Positions 1 through 13,500 of a DNA stretch of 64,000 bases are shown one piece after another; position 1 is the stretch's first letter; every line of letters starts with the position of its first letter. Location: assembly GCA_028023455.1 (NCBI GenBank), contig JAQFVV010000008.1, forward strand, positions 11,346,001 through 11,410,000, read 5' to 3'. The translations under genes were made by a program, and so were the position numbers. The notes under the pieces are model-generated. The model was not told the DNA's origin, did not search any database, and saw only the letters and a list, made by a program, of their open reading frames with translations. This stretch comes from Epiperipatus broadwayi. Taxonomy: Eukaryota > Animalia > Onychophora.

Positions 1-1439
1 TTAGAAATGAAATAAAATAATTAGAATAGAAAATAGGCATGGCCACAGATTATAAAAAGGTCAAAATTATAACTGATTACAGTTACAGGAAAAATTATTA
101 CAAAGTTACATTTATAAGCGAGACTGTAAGTAAATGAAAATTTATAGCTAGCTTCATTTAAATATTATAAGTTTTTAAACAGATTTATAGAGATCTGCGG
201 TGAAGAAATATTACCAATTTTCTTCCAGGCTGAGTTATCCGGCATTTGTAGTAGGCACTTGATGTTTGCAGCATAAAAATCCATTAAAAAGAACATTCAA
301 ATTTTGAGGCTTTTTGAATGACATTATTTAGAGCTTTTTTCAAACAGATTGCAGCACATTTTATTAATAACAACAGATTAAAGAAGGTAGTTCAACTGGT
401 TATTTGGTGGTTTAAAAAATACAACAGTGGTGGCAAAAGTTAACAGCGGGCTTTAGCAAACAAGTATTTAAAGAAGATAGTTCCGTAAAATATAACATTC
501 CAATGCAATTTAAGAGGGCAGAACACTTTTACTTTGGAAAAACTACATTGCCTCATGTTTTGTCTTTGGGAGATCCCAAAGTTTCATCATTTGAGTAAGA
601 AAAGAAAGTAAGACACTATTGTAATGGTATGAAAAGTAGAGCTGCTTTGATCTAACCTAGAGATGTGAGTAGAGGGGGTTCAAACCTCACCTACTTCTCC
701 AGATTGCTACTAAGTGACTTACTCCCCAAACCTCACTAGAATTGATTCTTTATGTACGCCCGGTGGTCAGGGAGAGATGAAATCCCAAAGGGGAATTTTA
801 ACAAAGAAAAATCAGGTTTAGACTATATAATGAAAACACAGACAATTAATATATAATTGGATTAGTGAATGATATTTTTATTAGATGAAATAACAATAGA
901 AACGACAATTTGAAGACTAAAAGATAAAAAAATGTTGCAAGTTATTTTCTTGCATCTACAAACATAGATATGTATAGATGATATACATTAGTAAGATCCA
1001 TTTAATGTATTTTATACAATTGTATTGTTATGTAATAACAATACCATACTTAGCCAACAGCTGGATGCTTTACATTAAAGAGAGACACATAAAAACATAA
1101 CTCGAACGTGTAATTGAGAAACAGAAAAACATAACTTGAGGGTGAAATTACAAAAATGGATAATTGGTTAAACTAGTTAAGTAGATTAAGGCCATGTTCA
1201 AATATAGCCTGCATTTAAATGGTAAAATGAAAATAAATCCCCACCAGTAGACATTTTTCAGATTTACTCGGTAATATTTTGAGCATATTACAAAGTAAGG
1301 TTTTATCTATAATGAAATTAAGAACTATCGTGGTCCTTGGTGATTCAATTGTGTGAGTTTAGAAGCAAGTCTCGGGGCACAAAGATTTTTTATACACAGC
1401 TAACTTGGGTCTGAATAGCATTCCAGGTCTAACACATAG

Positions 1440-1640
1440 AGAAATGGAGCTCTCGTTTGCCGCAGCATGATCCGAGCTCCGGGCCAGAGTATAAGTGCTT
1501 GTGTCCAGTAGTAATATTTGAAAAGGGGGTCAAGATCCACTTTATCTTCAATGGCCATCTTGGAGCGGTGTTAAGCCGATTCATCATGGACGACGGGAGA
1601 TGTGGATGTGCCGAGACACCTACGAATCATTGAGTGGCAC
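1440..1640 (+). mobile_element. Possible R1-clade LINE 3' fragment (zinc-knuckle region)
   Basis: Translates HFIFNGHLGAVLSRFIMDDGRCGCAETPTNH*, resembling the R1-type TGHG.F..YL.RF......C.CG....H motif. Confidence 0.35.
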
Positions 1641-1929
1641 AATATAAGAGAAAAATGCGGTCAAACGACCATTAAACTTTAAAAACCCTGAGTAAATATA
1701 GGTATATGAAATAATATAACTTCAAAATGTTTTGAGGCCGAGAAAATATCCACTCTTAAAAACAATTATTACTTTACCCCTTTTAAATAGGAATATATAT
1801 ATATGAAATTATGTATATTAATTAATAATTACTCACTATTTAAAATTTTAATTTATATATATGACTGTACTGTCTCCTCACTTACATTTAAAAACTATGA
1901 ACGCTTAAGCTATATATGTTATATACATT

Positions 1930-3306
1930 TTGTAACGTTTATTTATATACGTTACAAATATATTGGCATTTGGTAGAAGCTAAAAAATAAAAGTAAATTT
2001 AGATTTTTTTTGACTAATTTTTTTTTAAAAAAATAACGTACAATGAAAAATTAAATTATTCTTTCGGTTTTTTTTTATGTAATTAGAAATAAAAGTTAGA
2101 ATTGGAGAGAACAAAAGACACAAATTACCAATCTAGATAAGAGAAAGTAAAAATATTTCAACTAATTAAAGATGGCAGAATTATGCTGAAAAAAATAGAG
2201 ACTTTGTAACATAAATTTTATAAAGAATATATAAGATTATCAACAAATATTTTGGCAAACAAAAGATATGCGCAGAAGTCGGAAAACTGGGCCTCTAGAG
2301 AGTATAAAAGGCAGAGATCAGTTTGAAGGACATCTTGTTCGTTGGTTTCTCTAGTTGGTCTTGGATAGCAATAATATATCCAAGATCACTCTACGCTGAA
2401 GTAATTCGGCATGTCGTAGTGAACCGGAGCCTCTGAAGACATCGTGCCTGAAGATGTATACCAGAAAAGCTTTCGTGACCGACTAGGAGAATGGACCACA
2501 GGATCAAATAATAACCAAAAGGCCGAGCTCATTCTACCCAAAAAACTATGCATTGTTATCTACTACTGAATGCACAAAACTTACCGGTAAGTTATACTTC
2601 ATTACTCCTGATTGTGACCAAATTAAACGTTTTCAAACAATTTCTAAAAGTATGTTTAAACAATCCCGATAGAGACATTAATTTTCTTGTACAAGAGACA
2701 TTCAATTTTTTTAAGGAAATTTCTAGAAGAAATTTAGATATGAACAGTAATTGTAAAATTGTTTTTTATCAATTGATTCACGTCTGAGTTGTGTTCTCTC
2801 TAAGTAATTTATTTCAAATATTTTTTTAGTCTATTAGAATAAAATTATTTCCAATACCAATTTTCATTTGTGCGTTATTAATAATAGTTATTATTTTTTA
2901 TTATTAAATCTATTAGTAGTTTAATAAGATTTAAAAATGTAATTTACCTTTGCCAATATGTTTGAATAAGCCCAGGAATAATAATCTTAAAAAAATTAAT
3001 TCTCGTTACGGTAGGAGGTAATACCGATTTGTTTAAAAGCATTTTTTTTCTGTTTAGTTTACGAGTTACAATATGTTTGACGCCGACTCAGTGGGTCTAA
3101 CGACTCTGGCGCCCTCATGTAGAAATTAAAAACTGAGTCAGCTCACGATTGTACTTAGCAATAATTCTAGGCCGAGTTGATCAGGAAATATAGCTATGTT
3201 TTTGGAATAGAAATATAACTTTCTTCTTTTTTTGACATAGCTTGATCAACTCATGCGCAGTTTATATTAGCGTGTAAGAGGCCTAGCAAAACGAAAAACG
3301 TTACAA
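1930..3306. mobile_element. Putative TIR element of unclear superfamily
   Basis: 11-bp perfect terminal inverted repeat ttgtaacgttt / aaacgttacaa. tatacatt duplicated at 1922-1929 and 3307-3314. Confidence 0.55.
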
Positions 3307-4089
3307 TATACATTAGTAAAACCCAGGTTAACTTTAAAAAATGATAAAAATATAAAGTAGGATTGGATCTTTCTTTTAAAATACAGAAAATTTAATCTTT
3401 TGATAAATACACTCGTATACCTTTTATTGCCAAGTATAAATTAAAAGAAACACATTATTTTTCTAAAAGACAATTGTGTGCATTTCTCTCTCTCTTTCAT
3501 ATAATGTATCAAAAAAAAAAGTATAATACTAAGACAAATGCAGCAGAAGGGAATTGATAGAAGTTTTTACCAAAGAAGTTTTATAATAAATTTGAAATAT
3601 CTCCGTATTCACTGTAGCGGGTCAAATAAGTAGAAATAACTGAAATTAGATTGCTTCTCCCTTCCAGTTCCTCCTATATATCTATATTCCTGGCCATAAT
3701 AAAGAAATCACTTGTTTTTTTCTTTAAAAAAAAAAACAAAGGAAAATAAAAGCAAGTATACAATTCTAGAAGTGTATAACGGTGATCTAAAACAAAAAAC
3801 CAAAGATTTACGTACATATTGATAAGATTAAGAATTACCATTATACTTGTCAAAAAAAAAAAAACAATGAAAATATTAAAATATCAGGCTATAAATTTTA
3901 AATATATATACTAAATGACTTAAGTTTATGATTTAAGCCAAAATGAAGAATAAAATACAAGTGGAAGTTAAAGTTACCGGTAACCTTTTAAGATTGTGTA
4001 CGTCTTTATTAGATAGCCATGAAAACATTCTAGTCTGCAGTCATACTGATGGCTTATGGTAATTTCGGTCCTCAATTATCTATTAATAG

Positions 4090-4232
4090 CAGCAGGCATG
4101 GGTCAGGTAAAAATTGTTCTAGCACTCTACATTTCTTGGGTTACATCTTTCAGACTCCAGCAGGCACGGGTCAGGCAAAAATTGTTCTAGCACTCTATAT
4201 TTCTTGGGTTACATTTTTCAGGCTCCAGCAGA
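4090..4232 (+). repeat. 68-bp tandem duplication
   Basis: cagcaggca.gggtcagg.aaaaattgttctagcactcta at 4090 and 4158. Confidence 0.9.
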
Positions 4233-5212
4233 CAGGAAAATGACTGAGAGATAGAGAGAAAAGACTACTCAGCCATTTTACTTACAGCACCCATTTTAAG
4301 TTTTTGTTCTTGTCGATAATACACTGGTGGTTTACAAATTTATTCAGCAGGAAGCCAAGATATTTTCCTGGTTGCAGAGAGCTCTGTCCAAAAAGTTAAC
4401 TATATTTCTTCTCCAATAAAAAAAAATAATTCTGGCTGTTATTTTGGTCTAGGCAGTAGAGCTGAGCCAGGTAAAAGAGAGAGCACAAGACAAGTTCTTA
4501 ATTTATACTCAACTTCAAGGCTATCTTACTTTACAATGCCATTGTTCTACTATCTTATTTTTAATTAAAAAAATTTTTAATTAATTATTCCTATCTAACT
4601 AATCTTTTTCTCTAATGAGTTCTGTGATTCTAGAAATTTTATTGTTATCTAAAATAAAATCTGTTACCTTTATTTTATAAAATTTCTTGAATGTATTATT
4701 TTTTTATTAAATACTTTCAAGTTTCCGTTTAATTTAACCTACATTTATTGTGATTGGATTCAGGGTCTTTAGTTAAATCACAGTGAATGGTGAAGCATGC
4801 ATATATATATATTTAATATGTATATATGTGTGGCTTCATTATATCTACTTAAATTTCAGTGCGGGTTTTTGAAATGTTGCCTGAAAGTTTGTGTGGAAAA
4901 AAAATCCATATTAACACCGTCAAAAAATAAAAATAATACCAACAACTTACAATTAATACGTCATAATAAAACTAAGCAGATATTTCAAAAGACTAGTTCA
5001 GTTACATTTTGATTAAATTTGCTGGCCCAAGCAATAATATTTTTCATGTGAAAGGGTTATTAAACAAGCAATTGTGAGAAGTCTATTACATCAAATTTCA
5101 TTTTGTAAGTATAAACTGTGACACGTAATATGGTAGTGTGATTATATATATCTTTTTTAAATCTTTAATTTCTGTGTATCAATTTAATTATTTCCCTAAG
5201 AATCTCATATAA

Positions 5213-5614
5213 CAGAGGTGGGCAAATAGCTGCCTGCAACCCACATGCGGCCCGCTAAGATAGTCAGAAAAATCCGCCTTGAACTGAGATTTCCTTCCCG
5301 TGTGCAACTGAAGATTCGTCTCTTATTTTCCACTAGGACAGCCACGTCAATACATATGTGCAGTATAGATACGATGTGCAGTGCTTTCCGGTTGATCTGG
5401 TTAATCTCAGTTTTGTCTTTGCAATAGTAACTATATAAGTTTCCAACTTTAGTGAAACCACGAACCCTCCAAAAAAACGTAAAATCGGTGATGAATGTCA
5501 TGCTTATGTAGAATGGACAAACAAATATTTCTTTGATAATACAGGGAACAAAGCAGTGTGTTTATTGTGTCACGAAAAAAGGAGTGGCCCCGAGCCAAAA
5601 TAATTGCCCATCTG
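5213..5614 (+). mobile_element. Non-autonomous hAT (Charlie/SPIN-type) element
   Basis: Ends cagaggtgggcaaat ... aattgcccatctg. Perfect 8-bp TSD tcatataa at 5205-5212 and 5615-5622. Retains frameshifted RKIGDECHAYVEWT/KYFFDNTGNKAVCLLCHEK, the GTF2IRD2/SPIN-type transposase N-terminus. Confidence 0.88.
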
Positions 5615-6062
5615 TCATATAACATATATAACAAAATGTTCATGCAACTATTTATAAGTTTCTAACTTTTAAAATTGCATGTAGGTTGACTGTTAATTTA
5701 AAAATAACAAATTAAAGTAAATACGATCACGCAGAGCTATTTTCTATTCACTTAAGGATTGCAAGTACAAACTGGTGTGAATATGTTATAGTGCGATTAT
5801 ATATATCTTTTTAAATCTTTAATTTCTGTGTTTCAATTTAATTCATTATTTCCCTAAGAATCTCATATATGTAACATATATAACGAAATGTTTATGCAAC
5901 TATTTATAAGTTTCTAACTTTTAAAATTGCATATATATTTAGCTTTCTATTGTTAAATAACAAAAAACAATGACGATCCCTAAGTGAACAGAAAATGGCG
6001 GTGCTTGATTGTATTTACATCCACTTTAATTTATTTTTAAAATTAATATTTAACCTACACGG

Positions 6063-7100
6063 AATTTTAAAAATTAGACACTTATAAATAGTTGCATAAG
6101 CATTTCATTATGTGTTATATGAGATTCTTAGGGAAATAATGAATTAAATTGATACACAGAAATTAAACATTTAAAAAGATATATATAATCGCACTGTAAC
6201 ATTCTTCATGTCAGTTTGTACTTGCAAAATGAAATGTGATGTAATAGACTTCTCACAAATGTTTGCGTAATAGCCCTTTCGCATGAAAAATATAATTGCT
6301 TGGGACGATAAATTTAATCAAAATGTAACTGAACTAGTCTTTTGAAATATCTGCTTAGTTTTATTATGATGTATTAATTATTTTTTGATGGCAGTAATAT
6401 GGATTTTTTTCCCCCACGCAAACTTTCAGGTAACATTTCAAAAACCCGCGCTGAAATATAAGTAGATATAGGGTCTTACCATCTTTTCTACTCAAAATGA
6501 TGAAACTTTGAGATCTCCCAAAGACAGAACATGAGGCAGTAGAGTTCTTACAAAGTGGCAGTGGAGTTCTTACAAAGTGTTCTACCCTCTGAAATTGCAA
6601 TAGGATGTTATATTTTGCAGAAGTACCTTCTTTAAATAATTGTTTGCTAAAGCCTGCTGCTAAATTCTGCCGTCGCTATTGTATTTTTTAAACCACCAAA
6701 TAACCACTGTTGAACTGCCTTCTTTAATCTGCTGTTATTAGTTAAGGATTCTGCAATCTGCTTGAAAAAAGCTTCTCTAAATAATTTCATTGAAAAGGCT
6801 TCAAAATTTGAAAGTTCTTAATGGATTTTTATGCTGCAAACACCAAGTGCCTACTACAAATGCCAGACAATTCAGCCTGAAAGAAAATTGGTAATATTTC
6901 TTCACCGCAGATCTCTATAACTCAATTTTAAAAACATATTTAAATGAAGCTATCTATAAATTTTCAATTACAGATAGCCTCGCCTATAAATGTAACTTTA
7001 TAATAATTTTTCCTGTAACCATAATCAGTTATAATTTTAACCTTTCTATAATCTGCAGCCATGCCTATTTTCTATTCTAATTATTTTATTTCATTTCTAA
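6063..7100. repeat. Unclassified interspersed repeat, inverted copy of 1-619 + 4839-5930
   Basis: 6475-7100 is the reverse complement of 1-619. 6063-6475 is the reverse complement of 4843-5212 and 5760-5925. Confidence 0.8.
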
Positions 7101-7266
7101 ATTCATATGTTATGATATGCCATAATTTCAAAGCAGAGAATAAATTTTTTTTTTTTTTTTGGGGGGGGGGGGGGCAATTAGAAACTCTCCGGTGTAATGT
7201 TCTCATTACTTTTTAGCCAATATAAATCACTGCTTTGAATCTATTCTAAGAGATAACAACAGATCG

Positions 7267-7970
7267 CTATGAACTTGCTGTTATCTATATTTAATTACTT
7301 AATAAGTATTAATCTGTTATTAAGGTTTGTGAATTATTACACTCCTTGTAATAGTGTTGAAAGTCAGAGGAATTTTTTTAAAAATGTGCTACTGCATTCC
7401 TGCTATTAATTTGGTTTCGTTAAGATTTAGTATTATAGTTTTTGTTTAATTTCATAGGTCTTTATGATACTTTTTTTCTTTTATTTCATAGACATTTGAA
7501 AATAGCATTCATGATTTTTTTGGTTTTTGTAATTTGCATTTTCGAATTCTTCATGTGTGAGTGGGGTTGTTTTATATATTAGACCAATTTCTGTTTTTGT
7601 AATTTGTATTTTATACCTTCTATTTTTTAAGTAGCTATGAGCTTATTGTTATCTATATTCAATTACTTAATAAGTATTAAATCTGTATTAAGATTTGTGA
7701 ATTATTACACTCCATGTTAATAGTGTTGAAAGTCAGAGGAATTTTCTTTTAAAATGTACTGCATTCCCGCCATTAATTTGGCTTTGTTAATTTTTTTGAG
7801 ATTTAGTATTATAGTTTTTGTTTAATTTCATAGGCTTTTATTATAGTTTTTTTTTCTTTTATTTCATAGGCTTTTGAAAATAGCATTCATAGGATTTTTT
7901 GTTGTTTGTAATTTGCATTTTATTTATTTTTGATTGAATTCTTCGTGCAAGGAGTGGGGGCTGTTGCATT
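7267..7970. repeat. Diverged ~368-bp tandem duplication
   Basis: gctatga.ctt..tgttatctatatt.aattacttaataagtattaa recurs at ~7267 and ~7635. Confidence 0.8.
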
Positions 7971-10511
7971 TGACATATTTCACAGATTTCTGTTTTTGTA
8001 ATTTGAATTTCATGGCATTTTATTTGATTTCTTTTTGATTTGTATTTTAGAAGGATTTGTTCGCCTTGGGCGTTCACATTTTATGTCAATCTCAACAATT
8101 TTTGGGTAGAAATTTGTGCGGGGGCAGGATTAGTGAGGATTTGTTCAATTTGTTTGCCTTAGGCATTTTAATTTGCCTGTTTCTTACCTCGGGCATTTTA
8201 ATTTTACTTAGATTTCTGCATTTTTTGCATTTTAATTTTACATCGATTTTTGGATAAAAATTTATCGCTTGCAGGCTTCTTGATGGTGCTGCAGTGTCAC
8301 CTAGTGGCCACAGTACATATAACCAACCAGTACCATTTATATTAATTAAGGATAATATAATCTCATCATGCACCTGTGATTTCCACATCAGCAGTTTCGA
8401 TATGTGCATTAAAAAAACTAATAATAAAAATACATATATTTTTAATTTACAGGACATATAGCAATATGTTAGGTATGTATATGTTAAAATATTATAATTC
8501 TACTTATTTCCACTCCATGATTTTTTAATGTTTTATGTTGCAGCCTGAAACCAAATATTGTGGATAAATAAACTGATAATTTCTTGGATTTATAAAACTT
8601 TTGAAACCAATATTTATTTAAAGCAGAGACAATTATGCAATATGCATTTCACAAGATTTTGAGTATTACTAATAATGCATAACACAAAAAAAAAATTACA
8701 AACTTTGATTATAAGAGTGGCTTACAATCATATTGAAACCAGTCTTTATTAATCCAGACTACCAGATCAAGTCCAGTTAAAACATAAGTTTAACTAACAG
8801 ATAGTTGAATATGCACTAACAATTTTTTTTGTAAACATACATATATGTACATATACGCGATTATATGGTTGCTTTATTAAGGACTAAATTAAACAAATGT
8901 CACAATGAATTAATTTATTTTCTTTAATGAAAAGTAAAAAATAAGTTAAAGAAATCCTTCATATATACTAACAATGAGTTATTTATTAATGTGTTGAATG
9001 TCATGAATAAAGACTTAGACTTAGTAGTAAACATAGTGATGACCTAATGACAAATCAATCACTAGGCAACCAAGTATGGAAGATAAAAGTGGAATTCTAT
9101 TACATAATTTTATTTCTAACTGCAATCAATATAATACGCGCAACAATAGACAATTACAGCAAAAGAAAAGAAAATGCTCCTATACTAAATACCGGAAATT
9201 AAGCGGAGTATAAAAGCAAACCCAGTTCATTTCTGTCTTTTATTATTTTTTAAATGATACAAGAACTGTACAAAACCAACTTTTAAAGATCGAATATTTG
9301 AATCCAAAAGAAAATGGATGACTTGTTAGAACATTCCAAATTATTTGTATGATCTTCTTAGCGCAAAATTATAAGAAATCACAACCAATATTTAAGCAGA
9401 AAAAAGTTTCATAAATTTGTACGGTTTGATAAAAGAACTGAACTGATTTTAAATTGAAATTTAAAAATAAAAACTGGACTATCATTCGAACATGAGAAAA
9501 GAGAAGTAAAACATCACTAGCATATATATATAAATGATGAAATAACTTTTTTCTTATATAAGCCATTAAATGCCAAATAGTAAATTAAGAAAAAGTAAAT
9601 CTATTATGAACTACTACGCAATGTATTCCGGCTAAATTAATATTGCCATATAGCTGGATTGCTAGTCTACCATAGAAGTGCGATAATTTAATTTACTTGC
9701 CTATATAATGCCTAAAAAAACATCAAAAGTTCTACAATAAATGTCTAAATGGAGCCAGAAGGAAAGCAACTGCAGAAAATAGAAACATTGTTTCAAGCGC
9801 ATTGCCGAGGAATTTCTAGCGGGTGATGAATGACTTACCGAGGAAGGATGATTCAAAGAGATAGACTGTATCCATAAGAGATATTAATGCCAAACTTATG
9901 GTCAATAACCAAGATTAACTAATGAACATTTTGATTTATTATGTTTTTATATATATATGTTTGTAAAAATTCTAGTTTTGTTTTATCTTCATACTTGGAA
10001 GCGTAAATGTGTCTAGAACTTGGAAGAATCCATTATACTTGAAAGCAAAAAAGCGAAGGGGGGGGGGTAATTATTAAGTTAAAATATTTTTTTTATGTTA
10101 AATAAAGTTTAGGTCAGCTTTCCCTCCATAGTGACTTGACATTTGATCATCATTATATGGAATGAGGTAAGATTTTTTGATACTATATTAACACATGCAC
10201 TACTACAAGACAGAGTTTGTATTTTTTTTTTTTAATGTTAACAAATGATTGTTTATCTCTATTTTTTTTTTTTTTTTGGTATAAATGACTAATCTTCTTG
10301 TGCAGATGCTTTTTTCTTATCAACTTTAGGGAATTGTACATAGAGGGTCCCCAAAAAGATGGAACATTAATAAATGGAATTGGATGACGAGGTTATTCCT
10401 ATAAGCATTTGGAAATTGTACATATGGGGGGTGGGGGTGGCAAAGAAGATGGAACATTAATAAAATGGAATTGGGTGAGGCTATTATGGATATACTTGTA
10501 TATTATAAATT

Positions 10512-10595
10512 AGTTAGCTAGCTTCGTGGTCAATTTTACTTTGTAAATAATTAAGTTAGCTAGCTTCGTGGTCAATTTTACTTTGTAAATAATTA
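10512..10595 (+). repeat. Short tandem duplication (~42 bp)
   Basis: agttagctagcttcgtggtcaattttactttgtaaataatt occurs twice. Confidence 0.9.
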
Positions 10596-13500
10596 GTGCC
10601 ATGCTATGTATTTTTACCATAGTTAAGGGTTGGAATATTGAAAACATAGCTGATATGGTAGAAATACATTCTTGACACATACAATAATAATCTTTTTATC
10701 ATGTTAAAGAATTTTGAATTTTTATTTTGTAAATTAAATAAACATTGACTTGATTTAAATTACATTGATCTTTAGTTTATCAAAATCATTTATACATTCA
10801 CTCATCAACTTATAACCGGATATATATACCCACACATGTTTTTATTCTTATATGATAATATAGTAATATGTTTGCATGAATCTTTAAATCAATTGAAACC
10901 TGTATAGAGGTGCAGTAGTTGCTATCTAGTGTGAATTCATCCCTGAAGAAAGCCGAAGGCAAATCTCTCAATCCGAAAGAAGGATGAGGTAAGAATGAAC
11001 CCAAATTGTATCTAAACTTAATATGTTTTTCTTTTTGGAATGATTGTATTTATAGGTATTGTTATATTTAAACATTTTTATTAAGCTTATATTATTTGAA
11101 ACATGCATTTCTATATATAATTTAGTTTACTGTTAATAAATGAAACAAAGCTTTTTCATTATTCAATTTGGAGTAATATGATGGCAAATTTTTTTAAAAT
11201 ATATTTCTTTAACAATTTGAATTCAGATAATCTAATATTTTATAAAAACAGTTTTATTTCAAATACAAATATTTTCTGAGCATGCATGAAATCATTCTGC
11301 AATTTTAAAAATCTTACATTAAAATCCCTTTGAAATCATATCTTATTCTAGAATATATTTCATGAAATATAATTTGACAAGTAGTAAACAGAAATTATTT
11401 TGACATTCTTGGTTCATTGCACCCCCCCCCCCCCCAATTAAGCATCTGAAATTATATCACTTGAAATAATATAAGTACTGACTTTTTACTGATATTTACA
11501 AATATTGCTAATATTTATTTGTTTAACTTTTTTTTATTCTTTGTAAACAAGGAAAGCATAATTATTTTATTTAAAATATAGACTGCTAAATCATGCTTCA
11601 TTACATTATAATTGGTTGTATTTTTTTACATCTAATTCCCATGATAAATTGCAATTCTTATGAATCAGAACTGTTAATCTAAGAGAAATATCATTATTAA
11701 TTATTCTTGAAAATAGAACAGAGATTCAAGGTCAAAATTGAATAGTTAAAAAAAAAAAAATAATTTTATAAATAAAATAAGGATAAAATCTTATATCAGA
11801 AAAACTTTAAAACTTCCAAGATAAAACTGTACATAGATAATCTGTGAATAAGAAATATTTAAATAAAAACACTAATTTGTTTTGTAAAAAATAACGTTTA
11901 AAAAAAAAAGCATATCAATATACCACTTCTTAGATTATTAATCAGTTCTTGCAGAAGCAACATTGAGCAAATATTTCAAAAAAAAGTAAACACATAATCA
12001 CAATGAAGAAACAAGTAAATAACTTTTACTACTATCAAATAATAAACTTAAAAAATATGATTCAATTAACTAATGATTAAATTTCAAAATGGACATTTAT
12101 TTGTTTTAATATAATTATCATAAATGAAAACTTATCTGAATTAGAAAATAATTCTCTAAAAATGATATTTAAAAAAAAAGGCAAAAAAAATAAGATATCA
12201 AAACTTGAAGATAAAGTCTTACAGATCTAATATATAATTTAAAAATGTAATACATATATATATATATTGTAAATTATAAATGCCAAAGTTACATCATAAC
12301 ATGATATTTTATTTAGTTAATTTTCCTTTTGTTAAAAAAAAAAAGGATATTTTAAATTCATTATATAGATGACCCCCAAAAGTTATAAAAATAGCTAAAG
12401 CTTTAATATGTGAATGAAGTTGAAAAATATTAAAATGAAATGGAAATTTTTTTCTCCACTCTTTTTTGAAAGAGAAAAATAAAGCAAAATAAATTATCTA
12501 TCAAGTAAAAGAACAAAAAATACACAAAAATTAAAAATTTATAATTATTATTTTAATTTACTTAAAGTGATGAAGATACTCTTTGAACTAAGGCTTGCAT
12601 AAAAGACGAAATGCTAATTTACACATGGCCAGAGAAAAAATAAGGATACTAATGCCTTGGGTAATTGCCTTTAATATTTTACTTAATGATACTGAAACGA
12701 AAAAATAAAAGATTTTCAAGACAGTGATAAGATATTTTAAGATCAGAACTTTTAATGCTTTGATAGTTGTTGTTTTTTTTTCTTTGTAAATATTCAGGGC
12801 AAATAAATGATAAGAATAATATTGAACTTTTAAAAAAACTAAAGACTGAAAACTATTTTGGAACTTGTCAAAAATGACATTTTTTTTTATTCATGAAGGA
12901 ACTATAAGAATATAATATTTGAACTTGAATTATTTATAGCACACTGTATTGTAATTCCTAAAAAAGTAAATGAAATTATTTCCAGAAAATCTAGCTAGAA
13001 ATAAATGATGATAATTCTTTTTTTTAATATGAGTTGTTTCAATGTCTTTACTGATTTATTATCTTATTTTGTCATATCATTAACATATATTTTCCATTAG
13101 ATGTTATTATTTGTTAAATGTTTAGCTTCATGTAAGCTTAAAATTTATTAATACTAATCTGTAGTTATCCAACCTTTACTTTGTAAAATATTCATTTATG
13201 TGGATTATTTTCCAAAAAAAAAACTCAAGAACATATGTTTTATTTGATTCCAATGTTTTCATGAATATTTCACATCCATACAAATGTATATGCTTATAGG
13301 TAATTATTTATTAGTTATGTACATTTTTGTAATTCAAATGCGGAAACTGTGTCTTAGTTGTGGAAAATCTTTTAAATCGTGAGAGTAGTGGAGTCATGAA
13401 CTAAAACTAACATAATCTACATATCCTAATGTTTCCAATGAAAGTCTACTACAAGAATTTGAAATACAGAAGTAGCTTCCTCTCATAATTTTTTTTATTT

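Noticed and set aside
2430-2485. CUGAAGA-UG-UAUAC-CA-GAAA-AGCU-UU hammerhead-like string
   Set aside because: Stem II has only 2 bp and no convincing stem I can be formed.
7859-8457. Minus-strand ORFs of 72 and 121 aa
   Set aside because: Low-complexity, lie in or next to a tandem duplication, and have no recognisable domain or usable splice context.
10905-11010. GC-richer island containing CUGAAGA...GAAA flanked by UCAUCC/GGAUGA, a strong plus-strand donor GAG|GTAAGA, and a minus-strand 64-aa ORF
   Set aside because: No stem III or UH triplet fits a hammerhead. The plus-strand exon has stops in all three frames from the nearest acceptor. The minus acceptor lacks a pyrimidine tract, gives a stop in the PGC-1 frame, and the peptide does not resemble the family C-terminus.
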